A stretch of DNA of 39,661 nucleotides from Methanobacteriota archaeon (GCA_963787255.1 CAWBCJ010000009.1:1-39661); one strand, 5' to 3'. Positions 22,173 through 33,241 are shown, numbered from the stretch's first letter. The notes: generated by a model from the letters alone, not told the origin. Program-made: numbers and translations.

Positions 22173-22698
22173 AAGAAGTTAAAACTGTATGGCGCAGGTG
22201 GGGAGGATGGAATATAGAAAAAGTAGAAAATTGGCTGGAAGAAATGGAAAAGAAAGGATGGAATCTATTTAAAGTCGATTTTACTATTATGCGGTTCAAA
22301 TTTAAAAAAGGAGAAAGCAGTAAAATCCGATACTGTTTAGATTATCAAATTAATGTTGAAGATAATTATTTTGAGCTTTTTAAAGAAGATGGATGGGAAT
22401 TAGTGGATAATACAATCAGCCCATGGTATATATGGCGTAAATCCTATGAAGATAAAAGACCCAATATTTATACTGATACAAAATCATTAATTGAAAGAAA
22501 CAATCGCCTGCTGATGACAGTTGGGCTTATATTGCCTTCACAGCTATTTTTGATTTATCTTGTGTTGAAAACGGTTTTGGTAAAATAGAATTAGCATTAG
22601 CAGTTTTTAGCATCATAATGATTATATTCTTTGGATACATAATTATACAACTTTATCGATATAATAGAAAATTAGGAAAAAATGACATTAATTTTTGA
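22169..22698 (+). CDS. DUF2812 family protein, frameshifted near 22570
   Basis: ENWLEEMEKKGW, YCLDYQ, YFELFKEDGWE; a second TM continues in the shifted frame to TGA 22698; typical PadR partner. Confidence 0.82.
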
Positions 22699-22705
22699 AC
22701 GTAAA

Positions 22706-22909
22706 TGGAGATATGTGAAATGACATTGTTTCTAAAATTTTAGAAATGATAAAGGAAACTAAATCTAAAGCACAAATACAACCAGAAAATCAACATAAAA
22801 ACGAATCCTCTTGATGAAATTAAAAAAAGCTAAAGAATTATTAGATATAGGGGCTATAAGTGAAGAACAATTTGAGAAAATTAGATATAAATACTTAAAT
22901 GAAATTTAA
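22706..22909 (+). pseudogene. SHOCT-domain fragment
   Basis: NPLDEIKK-AKELLDIGAISEEQFEKIR read across indels. Confidence 0.6.
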
Positions 22910-23061
22910 TTGTAAAAATGATTAATAATGTTTTAAAAATAGTATTGAACTTGTTATTCATAATTATAATAAAAAAAACCTTTAATGTAATTATCAGTTA
23001 TAATTTAAAGCATTAATATAGATTAAGAGCATTAAAAATTAAAATTAAATTAAAAATTAAA

Positions 23062-23277
23062 TTATTCTACTATATCTGCAAAAGCAAAGTTTCTTCTTAC
23101 AGAAGTAATTCTGATTTTAACTTCATCGCCTAGTTTTGCTCCATTTACAAAAACTATGAAGCCTTCTATTTTAGCAATTCCGTCGCCATCTCTTCCCATA
23201 TCTTCAATTTTAACATCGTATTCTTCTCCTTCATTTAAAGGAGCTGAACTTCCTCTATTATTATCTCTTCCAAACAA
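23062..23277 (-). CDS. Stand-alone TRAM-domain RNA chaperone
   Basis: [39 protein letters not shown]; TTG start. Confidence 0.93.
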   Translation of the reverse strand: MFGRDNNRGSSAPLNEGEEYDVKIEDMGRDGDGIAKIEGFIVFVNGAKLGDEVKIRITSVRRNFAFADIVE

Positions 23278-23497
23278 TTAATCACATCCTAAATAAATAG
23301 CCAAAAAAGGCCATAATAACTCTTTATTTTTGATACTATATAAAATGATGTATTTAAAAAAGAAAAAAGGAAAAAAAATTAATTTCTCCAAAAAAAGAAA
23401 ATAACACTTGCTTTTTAAATATAATATGACCTTATTAAAACTTTATTTTTAATTTAAGGTTTTTGTGGGTATTTATAACAATTAATATTATTTCATT

Positions 23498-23525
23498 AAA
23501 TCGTTATAACGTGAGTAACAAAATA
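23498..23525 (+). repeat. dif-like site with divergent right arm
   Basis: aaatcgttata-acgtga-gtaacaaaata. Confidence 0.45.
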
Positions 23526-23637
23526 AAATCATCATATTAACATTCACATTTTAATACTATAGAAAAAATTAAATAGCAATTTATTTGTTTAATTAAAATA
23601 ATAATATCTTTTTTATTAATTCTTACTAGGGATACTA

Positions 23638-25892
23638 ATGGAAAATCAGGAAAACCAATGCGGAGAAGCTACTGGGCATAATGAAGCCGAAAAGGCTTTA
23701 AAAGAAAGTGAAGAGCTTTTTTCTAAAACTTTCCATGCTAATCCTGCCCCTATGGCCATAAGTACTTTAGATGGCAGGTTTATTGATGTTAATGAAAGCT
23801 ATACTAAATTAACAGGCTATAGTAGAGACGAATTAGTTGGTAAGATTTCAATAGAAGTGAATATAATTACTCCTGAAGAACGCGAAAGGTATGTAAATAA
23901 ACTTGAAGAGGGTTCAATTCAAGAAATGGAGTTAGAAATAACTACTAAATCTGGTGAAAAACTTAATGTACTTAGTAGTACTGAATCATTTAAAATTGAG
24001 GATGAAATCAGGATTATTTCTTTTGTTTATGATATCACTGATCGTAAAAAAGCTGAAGAAGCACTTCGTGAGAGTGAAGAGAAATTTAGGTCTCTATATT
24101 CTTCTATAACTGAAGGTGTTGCAATACATAATGTCTTATATTACTCTTCGCATGAAGCTGTTGATTATATCATTACTGATGTGAATCCTGCTTATGAAAA
24201 TATTACTGGTTTGAAAAGAAGTGAAGTTATTGGAAAAAAAGCTTCTGAACTTTACGGAACTGGCAAACCTCCTTATATGGATATTTATTCCAGAGTCGCT
24301 GAAAGTGGTGAACCTGCACATTTTGAAACTTATTTTGAACCTATGGATAAGCATTTCCGTATCGCAGTTACCTCTCCTGATAAAGGACAATTCGCTACAT
24401 TCTTTGATGATATTACTGAGCGTAAACGAGCAGAAGAGTATGTAGAAAGTTTGTTAGGAGAAACACAGCAATTTGCTGAGGAATTAGAAGTATCTAACGA
24501 AGAATTACGAGCTACTACTGAAGAGCTTCAGGTATCGAATGATGAGCTCAGACATCAAGGGAATGAATTATTACATATTAATAGAGCTTACAGAGCTCTT
24601 AGTAATAATAGTAAAGCTATAATACGTGCTGAAGATGAACAGGATTATTTAGAATCTGTTTGTAAAATTATTGTTGATGATTGTGGATATCCTATGGTTT
24701 GGATAGGTTATGCTGAAGAAAATAAGAATAAAGCTGTTCGACCAGTAGCCTATAGTGGTTTTGAGGAAGGATATCTTAAAATGTTGAATATAAGCTGGGC
24801 CGATACTGAACGAGGACGTGGCCCTACAGGAATAGCAATACGTACTGGAAAACCAAGCATGTGTAAAAATATGCTTACTGATTCTAAATTTAAGCCTTGG
24901 CGTGCAGAAGCTATTAAAAGGGGATATGCATCTTCACTGGTTCTTCCTTTGATGGACAAGAATAAAGTTTTTGGCGCGTTAAACATCTATTCTAAAGAAT
25001 CTGATCCTTTTTCTGATGAAGAAGTGAAATTAATGACAGAATTAGCCAATGACATCGCTTATGGATTAAATTCAATCAGGTTATACATTGCAAATATTGA
25101 AGCCGAAAAAGCATTACGCGCTGCCCATAATAATTTAGAATTGAAAGTCCAAGAAAGGACTAAAGAACTTGAGAAGACAAATGAAGAATTACTGCGTTCA
25201 ACCAGGAATTGGAGAGTTTTGCTTACATCACCAGCCATGATTTACAAGAGCCACTTCGGAGTATTGCTAGTTATGCTCAACTTATACAACGGCGTTATGA
25301 AGGTCAATTAGATTCTGATGCTGATGAGTTCATTGATTTTATGGTTAGTGGTGCAACCCGGATGAAGAGTATGATTCAGGGTTTATTGGATTATTCACGT
25401 GTTAATAGGGCAGGAATAGAATTTGTAAAAACAGATATGGATGTTAAGCTTGAAAAAGCCATAGCTAATTTGCAATATGCAATTAATGGGGCTAATGTTA
25501 TAATTACTCATGATCCTCTGCCTAATATCATTGCAGATCCTGATCAGATGGTTAGTGTTTTCCAAAACTTGATTGGTAATGCTATTAAATTTAGAAAAGT
25601 TGAAGAGCCCTCGAAAATTCATATTTCGGCATATACGGAGGAAGAAAGCAATGAATACATTTTCAGTGTACAGGATAATGGGATAGGAATGGAAAAACAA
25701 TACACTGATAAAATCTTCGATGTATTCAAGCGATTACACGCTATTGGGGAATATGAAGGAGCAGGAATTGGACTATCAATAGTTAAAAGGGTTATTGAAC
25801 ATCATGGCGGTCGTATATGGGTTGAATCAGAATTTGGTGTTGGTTCTACTTTTTATTTTACTATTCCAATTAAAGATGAAAATGGACTTTAA
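23638..25892 (+). CDS. PAS-PAS-GAF sensor histidine kinase, frameshifted near 25200
   Basis: Two PAS/PAC repeats, a GAF domain, SHDLQEPLR H-box, and N/G1/F/G2 boxes. One missing A in tca(a)accag restores the frame. Confidence 0.92.
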
Positions 25893-25965
25893 AATTAGTT
25901 TAAGTTTATAATATATATTATATTTTTATTTTAGTTTCCTATAGTGCCTGGTTTTGCTTAATAAT

Positions 25966-26035
25966 GGTGTTTGGGGCGTGAATTTTTATAATTATAAATT
26001 TATCATGGTTATACAATATATAATTGTTTTTATTT
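25966..26035 (+). repeat. Short intergenic repeat, copy 2
   Basis: tttataattataaatttatcatggttatacaatatataattgtttttatt, matching 12273-12337. Confidence 0.8.
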
Positions 26036-26273
26036 AAAGCCAAAAAATAGCACTAATTCTAATAAAAAGCATACAAGATTATAGAATAAAAATGATCAAA
26101 TATTCGAAATGATGAATTACAGATTAATGAGAAAGTGATTGAATACACGGTTAATATATGATTTTCTTTTTTATTGCGTTAATTTTAAATAATTTAAAAA
26201 TTATAGACTTGAACTTAATTTAGAAAAGAGAAATTCTTAATTTTTCTAAGAATTTTTATAGAAGGTTATATGG

Positions 26274-26936
26274 ATGGAAATAGTTTTATTAAACGGAATT
26301 TTACACTACAATGTAGCATTATTTAATTTAATCAACCATGGGATGGATAACAGAGCTTTTGATTTTATAATGCCTTTAATAACTAATTTTGGTAGTATAA
26401 TTGCATGGGGATTAATATGTGGATTATTATTCTTTTTCGGCGGCGAAAATGCTAAAAAAGTAGCAATTTTGGGTTTAGCTGCATTATTTATAAGTAATGT
26501 CGCTGTTTTTGCTTTAAAATATATTATTGCAGAGCCACGTCCATTCCTTACATTAAGTAATGTGGATCTTTTAGCACCAGAAAGCGAGATTTACTCATTT
26601 CCTTCAGGGCATACGGCTTCATCATTTGCAGTAGCAACTGTTATCGGCTTAAAATATAGTTTCATGGTGAAAAATAAAAAATATAAGTTAATTTATCCGT
26701 TGCTGGCTTTTGCAGCTTTAATAGGATTTTCAAGAGTATATATAGGTGTTCATTATCCTCTTGATGTAGCATTTGGGGCTATCATTGGAGTTATTTGTGC
26801 TTTATTAGTGCTTAAATCTGAAGATAAGATTTTCTTAAATAAAATATCTAATTTTATAGGTTTGCCGAAGATTCTGAATCTTAATTTTTTTGCTAAACTT
26901 AAAAATATTAAAATAAAGAAACCAAATTTATCATAA
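26274..26936 (+). CDS. PAP2 family phosphatase
   Basis: KYIIAEPRP, SFPSGH and SRVYIGVHYPLDV motifs. Confidence 0.95.
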   Translation: MEIVLLNGILHYNVALFNLINHGMDNRAFDFIMPLITNFGSIIAWGLICGLLFFFGGENAKKVAILGLAALFISNVAVFALKYIIAEPRPFLTLSNVDLLAPESEIYSFPSGHTASSFAVATVIGLKYSFMVKNKKYKLIYPLLAFAALIGFSRVYIGVHYPLDVAFGAIIGVICALLVLKSEDKIFLNKISNFIGLPKILNLNFFAKLKNIKIKKPNLS

Positions 26937-27078
26937 TCTAAATTGAGATAAATTTCTACTTTATTTTTTTAAGCTTCTGCAGTCACTTTATTCAATTGCT
27001 TTTTTCATTTCCCTAACTAACTTGACTTTAAAAAAAATGTTTAAGTAGATATTCATAATATAAATTAGGTGATAATCT

Positions 27079-27306
27079 ATGGCACATATTTGGTTTAAAA
27101 AATCAGGATGGATATATCAACCAACATCACTCTTTGGTTGGATAATTGCAATAGTAACAATACTATTGTGTGTTCAAGTTTTTATCGCAGTTGATGCACA
27201 CTCACATTCAGTAAGCGACACTTTTTATGGAGTATTTCCGTATATAGTTGCATATTTGGTTGTTGCAGGATGGATGGCATCAAATACATCTGAATTAAAA
27301 AGATAG
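27079..27306 (+). CDS. Small two-TM membrane protein
   Basis: AGGTGA RBS; two hydrophobic helices around DAHSHSVSD. Confidence 0.8.
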   Translation: MAHIWFKKSGWIYQPTSLFGWIIAIVTILLCVQVFIAVDAHSHSVSDTFYGVFPYIVAYLVVAGWMASNTSELKR

Positions 27307-27611
27307 TCTTTATTAAGTTTTATTTTTGTATATTAATTGTTTTAAGAAAGTTTATTTTTGAGTGTTATATAAAATAATTATTATATTTTTATATTACAAT
27401 AAAATTTTCTCCTCGTAAAATGGTCACATTTTGGATAAAATTGCAAAATAATGCTTATTTTTTATGATTTTGATTTTCTTACCAAATTTTAAAAATGTAG
27501 CAATCTAAGTCGTTATAGCGCCCTATAGCGATATTTTGGCTAAAAATAGTCGATTTATATGAAATAAGAATAATAAATTAATCTATTCGTTATATAAAGT
27601 TTTAATGACAT
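27304..27611 (+). repeat. Long intergenic repeat with two dif-like sites (27507-27534, 27584-27611)
   Basis: aagtcgttata-gcgccc-tatagcgatat and tattcgttata-taaagt-tttaatgacat; lies between convergent genes. Confidence 0.8.
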
Positions 27612-27662
27612 GTTCACGAGCTTTTGGTGATGCTTGTGATGTTTAAAATACATTAATCTTAA

Positions 27663-28424
27663 TTAAGATTCTCTATAAATTAATGCAATAAATCTTGAAT
27701 CAAGCATAATAATATATGGGGCAATTAATTCTTCTGCAATCACAAAACCAACTATATTAGATTTTCCAAGTACTCCTATTAATAATGGACCTCCAATTAT
27801 AACAACACCTAAAATCACGATAATGTATCCTAAAAACAACCTCTTTAACCCTATTTTTTTAATTTTTCTAAATATTTCATGAAACCTAAATGCTTCTTTA
27901 AAGACTCCGCCTTTAAAAGCCATATGAGGTATAGCTACTGTAAAAAACATATCTAAAAGAAATCCTAAAACAAATGCAACAATTATAAGGGAAATAGCAA
28001 CTTCTACGCTTACTGCAGGCATCCCTAACTTTACTCCGGAGAAAGTATAGTCTAAAACATAAATAAGAATGATAATTGGCACTGAAAAATACAATAATAT
28101 AAGAACTGTTTCGTTAATACCGTGTTTAAACATGTTAGTAAAATTATTTAACTTTGGAGGCTCTTCAATGCCTATAATACTTTTTTCAATTATTCTAAAG
28201 GCATAACCTGCTTCAAAGAATAATAAAATTATGGCAACTAAAATAAGCAAAATAACTAATTTTAAACTATTATCACCAAAAGCAGAATACAAATATGTAT
28301 AGAACAGGTTATAATATCTTAATATCGAAGTCGTTATTAAAATCATTAAACCTAGCAAAAGTAGCTGTTTTATTCCAGAAAATGGATATTTAGCAGCATC
28401 ATACAGAATTTTACTTATTTTCAT
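27663..28424 (-). CDS. DUF4013 family membrane protein
   Basis: DAAKYPFS, GYAFRII..S, PPKLNNF..MF..GI and FKEAFRF motifs. Confidence 0.8.
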   Translation of the reverse strand: MKISKILYDAAKYPFSGIKQLLLLGLMILITTSILRYYNLFYTYLYSAFGDNSLKLVILLILVAIILLFFEAGYAFRIIEKSIIGIEEPPKLNNFTNMFKHGINETVLILLYFSVPIIILIYVLDYTFSGVKLGMPAVSVEVAISLIIVAFVLGFLLDMFFTVAIPHMAFKGGVFKEAFRFHEIFRKIKKIGLKRLFLGYIIVILGVVIIGGPLLIGVLGKSNIVGFVIAEELIAPYIIMLDSRFIALIYRES

Positions 28425-28569
28425 GTTATACTTTCTATTAATTCTAAAATATTTAAATTAATTGTAACTCTTTTAATCCATTAAAAAGGAAATATAATCC
28501 TATTATGATAATTAAGCCTGCTGTTAAGTATTGTCCATTTTTTTTGAGTCCATTTACTTAGCTTTGAAA

Positions 28570-28727
28570 GAATATTATATTTTATATTGGGTTGAAACTT
28601 TCTCTACTTAAAACAAGTAAATTCTGGTTAAATCGCCTAATTATAGTTGTTTTCGCGATTTTGATTTTCTTAAGAAGTTAAAAAAAATAGTGGCCGTCTA
28701 AGTCGTTATAGAGGAGTTTAAGAAAGT
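28570..28727 (+). repeat. Partial long repeat ending in a dif-like site (28700-28727)
   Basis: ttgattttcttaagaagttaaaaaaaatag...aagtcgttata-gaggag-tttaagaaagt. Confidence 0.75.
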
Positions 28728-28800
28728 TAAATGACATTTTTAATGTTATAAACTAAAGGTTAAATAGAAGGACTTATAAAAAAGAACGATTGGTGTTTAA

Positions 28801-28968
28801 ATGGCGAATTTAATAGTTAATATTTTATATGTAATTTTAGCATTAGTTATTGTAGTCTTTATAGATTTTAAATATTTTAGATATGAATTTTGGAAACGGT
28901 TAATAGTGAATATACTAATTGTTTTAGTATTTGCTGCTTTCTATTATTTGTTTTTAATTAATTTATAA
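28801..28968 (+). CDS. 55-aa two-TM membrane microprotein, not in the ORF track
   Basis: MANLIVNILYVILALVIVVFIDFKYFRYEFWKRLIVNILIVLVFAAFYYLFLINL; GGTG upstream. Confidence 0.7.
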   Translation: MANLIVNILYVILALVIVVFIDFKYFRYEFWKRLIVNILIVLVFAAFYYLFLINL

Positions 28969-29075
28969 AAAAAGAAGACAAATAATAGCCTTCCAGGGAA
29001 TAGAAGCTCCCTTATCCTGTAAAAAAAATATTTAAATAAAATCTAATTTTATTTATGATAATTTATTTCTATGAA

Positions 29076-29291
29076 TCATTGCTCTAATCCTATAGAAATA
29101 CATTCCCAAGGTTGAGCTTCCGTATCAATAGTGGCGAATAAATCTTTTTCTACATCCTGAAATAAATCTTCACAACTGAATTTTAAATCTGCAGATTTTT
29201 TAACAGAATATATTCTGCCTCTAGCACTTTTAACAATTACATCACCCTCTCGACTTATGCCCAATACTATTTGTTTTATTTCTTTTGCCAT
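29076..29291 (-). CDS. Small hypothetical protein
   Basis: MAKEIKQIVLGISREG...; GGAG upstream of the ATG at 29291. Confidence 0.75.
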   Translation of the reverse strand: MAKEIKQIVLGISREGDVIVKSARGRIYSVKKSADLKFSCEDLFQDVEKDLFATIDTEAQPWECISIGLEQ

Positions 29292-29417
29292 ATTGCTCAA
29301 CTCCATTAATATTAATTTCACTAATTGCTAAGAATATCCCTAAAACTAAAATATTTCCAATTTATATTTATTATACCTCACATTATAAGTGCACTATTAT
29401 TTTTTTTTCAATTATAA

Positions 29418-29489
29418 TATAATGACCATGTGGCTAAAAAATATGTCGAGAATAACGAAATATTTCTTTATAGCGCCATCATTACGGAT
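29418..29489 (+). repeat. Double-site block (right arm plus full dif-like site)
   Basis: 29424-29476 is identical to 32967-33019 (53 bp); site atttctttata-gcgcca-tcattacggat. Confidence 0.85.
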
Positions 29490-29574
29490 TATTTAAGTAT
29501 ACTACTTTTTAATAAGAATTATTAATTATTAAATACTATCATAACCATAGTGGCTTAAAAAGGAAGAATTTCAA

Positions 29575-29994
29575 ATGAAATATAATTCTAAAAGATACAA
29601 AAAGGGAAATATAGTGCAAATTTGTATCGATAATGAACTAATTGAAAAAGAGATTAGAGAAGCACGTTATGATTTAGAATCTGCGGAGAATTCCATTACT
29701 GCGAGGAATTATAAATGGGCCATAATTCAAAGTTATTATTCTATGTTCCATGCTTTTAGAGGACTCATTTTTAGCAGAGGCTACAAAGAAAAAAGCCATT
29801 CAGGCCTTAAATTTGCAATTAAAACTTTATTTGTAAATTATGGGGTTATAAGTGATGACATTTTCTTAGATTTTGATTTTGCTATGAAAGCAAGAGAAAT
29901 GGCAGACTATAGTTATATTTACAATGAAAAAATTGCATTGAACATGCTTGAATCAACTAAAAAGTTAATTGGTGAGGTAGAAAATTTGCTTTAG
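29575..29994 (+). CDS. HEPN domain protein
   Basis: WAIIQSYYSMFHA, KSHSGL and REMADY motifs; no adjacent nucleotidyltransferase. Confidence 0.88.
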   Translation: MKYNSKRYKKGNIVQICIDNELIEKEIREARYDLESAENSITARNYKWAIIQSYYSMFHAFRGLIFSRGYKEKSHSGLKFAIKTLFVNYGVISDDIFLDFDFAMKAREMADYSYIYNEKIALNMLESTKKLIGEVENLL

Positions 29995-30060
29995 GATGAA
30001 AAGCAATAAAAAAGAATTATTAAAATTCTTAAAAACAATTTATTTAATTTTTTTGATTAT

Positions 30061-30088
30061 TTATCGTTATAGGCATATCATTACATTA
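30061..30088 (+). repeat. dif-like site
   Basis: ttatcgttata-ggcata-tcattacatta, between convergent genes. Confidence 0.6.
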
Positions 30089-30159
30089 ATACAAATAAAA
30101 ATTTAAAAAAGAAGAAATTTAGAGATCAGCAGGTCTTAATTTTATTATAAATTTAGACT

Positions 30160-31691
30160 TTATACAATTAAATATGTATAGCCATACGCTCTGTAAGGAA
30201 GTCTAAACCATGAATTGTTTAAGAATATCTCAACTGATCTGTGACAGCTCGAATAACTTGTTGCGTACTGAATTATTTTTGATTGATATCCTGCGGCTTT
30301 TAATTTGCAATCTAGATAGTCACTAAATGCCCAACAATCACCACAACCGTATTTTACTAGATCCACACCAGTATGATAAGCACTGCTGTAACGATATCCT
30401 GCTCCTGATTTCATAATTGTATCTAATGTTGGATCGCAAAATTTATCTCCACTTACATATGGATAATTCTTAACAGCTGACCATGGCTTCATTGTAACAA
30501 AATCTGCCATCTTACCACTAGTCCTGTGGTAATCCAGAATCATGCTGTACATGTAAACCAGATTTTGGAATCCGAGGAATGTTCCTAGACTTGTTTGGTA
30601 AGCAAAGTCAGGTGTTTTACCACTGGAGTCCATGTAGTTTTTGACATCGTTTGCAATTTTCAAATATTCTGATTTAGGAATATTTCCTGCAACTATATTG
30701 TCTTGCGGACTTGTAGGAGCAGTGAATGACTTTACTGCTATAGGATTGTTTGTTCCGCTGTTAATTTGTAGTAATGCTGTAGTTAACATTTCTAAAAATT
30801 GAGGCATGTTAACCTTGTATGTTGATATCTGCAAATAGCAAAGTAATTGGTGATTGAGATCAATGTATGCTCTTACTCTGGATGCTGCGTCTTTTATCTG
30901 AGTTACAGTAAAAGTTGTTCCATTTGGAGCAGAAGTGAGTACGCGTAGGAGCTACAGATGGATCACCTAATATTGGTGATACTGATGTCTTAACAGCTGA
31001 CCATGGGATCATCATAGCGAAATCTGCCATTTTTCCACTGGTTTGGTGGTAATCTAGGATCATGCTGTACATGTAGACCAGGTTTTGGTATCCGAGGAGT
31101 GTTCCTAGACTTGTTTTGTATGCGAAGTCTGGTGTTTTTCCACTGGAGTCCATGTAGTTTTTGACATCGTTTGCAATCTTTAAATATTCTGATTTAGGAA
31201 TATTTCCTGCAACTATATTGTCTTGCGGACTTGTAGGAGCAGTAAACGATTTTAATACTATAGAGTTATTTGTTCCACTGTTAATCTGTAGTAATCGCTG
31301 AAGTTAACATTTCCAAAAATTGGGTCATGTCACACTTTGATAGTTGATATTTGTACGTAGCTAGGTAATTGGTGATTGATTTCAATATATGATCTTACTT
31401 TAGATGCTGCACTCTTAATTTGAGCGACAGTGAAATTTGTTGAATTCACTGTTTGATTGCTACTTGCAGTTTTTGTTGCATTTGTAACGATATTAATCGA
31501 TTGTGTTGTAATAGACTTATTTCCAATACTTGTATTATTATATTTTTCTTGCAAAGTGCTATTATTAACAGTACTATTTTGTATATTTACATCTGATGCA
31601 CTTATTCCAGCTATGCTGGTCAGTGACAATATAGTAACTAACAAAATTGTAAAGAGTAATCTCTTCGTAATTGTATCGCCTCCGAGTTCCA
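30160..31691 (-). CDS. Secreted pseudomurein-binding-repeat protein with C-terminal transglutaminase-like Cys domain, frameshifted
   Basis: Signal peptide, N/S/T-rich linker, PMBR-like repeats (AASKVRSYIEINHQLPSYV; IANDVKNYMDSSGKTPDF), then GDCWAFS...HRSV; three ORF pieces. Confidence 0.85.
30471..31437 (-). repeat. Intragenic tandem duplication (~445-bp units, ~520 bp apart)
   Basis: 30471-30915 matches 30991-31437, with long identical stretches. Confidence 0.9.
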
Positions 31692-32179
31692 TAGTACTTA
31701 ATGTACTCGTTGGAACGTTTTGGACAATATTTAATCGAACTAAGATCATATATAAATCTTTTGATTTAATTTTCCATAAAATGCACTCATAAAGTCGATT
31801 TTTTGATTTAACGCACGCTTAGAGTCATTTTATGATTTATATTAAGAAGAATGAAACTTGTTTCCCTTTTTCTAATTAACTAGCTTCATTTAAACTCCAT
31901 TTTCTAAAAAAAGGAATATCTGATGTTATATCATAATCACTTAATTCTTTCAAATTATATCTTAATGATTATAAAAACCCATATATCTGCCTTAAGAGGT
32001 ATTTATCCATTTCTTTTGATAAATAACCATTATCAGTGATATATATGACATAAGGACAAGTTATATTCAAAATTTAAGAAACAAAGCATTACTTTAAATT
32101 TAATGCTCTATTTGGGGTTAGAAACATAGGATAAAATATACAAATTTTATGAAATAAAATAATTCCTTTAATTTACTTT

Positions 32180-32282
32180 GAGTACTTATTTTTGCTTTTT
32201 AATGGTGTTTTTGATGTGATTTTATTTTCTTAATAAGTTTAAAGATAGCATTTTAAGTCGTTATATTGCGTTAAAAGAAATA
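32180..32282 (+). repeat. Partial long repeat ending in a dif-like site (32255-32282)
   Basis: gattttattttcttaataagtttaaagatagc...aagtcgttata-ttgcgt-taaaagaaata. Confidence 0.75.
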
Positions 32283-32405
32283 AAAATTTAAAAAGTGTTA
32301 TTCTAGATATAAATCTCTTAAAGCATCTCCTAAATAGATATGACAATAATCCACTCTTTTTCATCCACTTCTTTAAGTGTAGACTCTAAAGGCCACCATC
32401 ATTTC

Positions 32406-32882
32406 TTATTTTTTATTATTCTCCTTACATGCAAAGGAAAAGTGAATTACATCCTCTGGGACTCCGCCGATTTTCTTGTAAAACTCTATGGCATGTTCAT
32501 CCGCGATATCGGCTTGTACGAATATTTCCTTATCCTCATTACTACGGGAAATCTTTTTTAATTCTTCTATTAATCTGGTTCCTATCCCCTTTCTCTGGAA
32601 ATCCTGATGAACGGCCAGATCATACACATATACTTCATTGGCTTCAAAATATGTCGATGCTAATTGATGGGCAGTTAATCCTGCTATGATCTCTTCTTCA
32701 TATTTGGCAACTATAAAAATTGTATTCTCGTTTTTTAATATCTTCTCCAGATAATCATGAGATGGATATGGGAATGGTTCCATTTCAAAGACATTTTCAT
32801 AGAGTTTTATTAATTTAACAAGTTCTTCCAGGTTATTGACATTTAACTGTAAATATTCAATTCTATTGCTAATATCATCCAC
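32406..32882 (-). CDS. GNAT N-acetyltransferase, AAC(3)-I-like
   Basis: EVYVYDLAV..FQRKGIGT.LI, IFVQAD..D..A..FY and EDVIHF; GGAG upstream of the GTG. Confidence 0.88.
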   Translation of the reverse strand: MDDISNRIEYLQLNVNNLEELVKLIKLYENVFEMEPFPYPSHDYLEKILKNENTIFIVAKYEEEIIAGLTAHQLASTYFEANEVYVYDLAVHQDFQRKGIGTRLIEELKKISRSNEDKEIFVQADIADEHAIEFYKKIGGVPEDVIHFSFACKENNKK

Positions 32883-32960
32883 CAAAACTACTCCTTTTAT
32901 CAATACGAAGATCAAATTTTGGATTTTCCCATACTATAATATTGATTTTCATATCTAAAA

Positions 32961-33032
32961 TATAGCGACCATGTGGCTAAAAAATATGTCGAGAATAACG
33001 AAATATTTCTTTATAGCGCAATATGACGAATT
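32961..33032 (+). repeat. Double-site block (right arm plus full dif-like site)
   Basis: tatagcgacca...atttctttata-gcgcaa-tatgacgaatt; the second site is an inverted near-copy of 32255-32282. Confidence 0.85.
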
Positions 33033-33061
33033 AATTTATAAAAATTAAAATAATATGTAGT

Positions 33062-33241
<180 letters not shown>

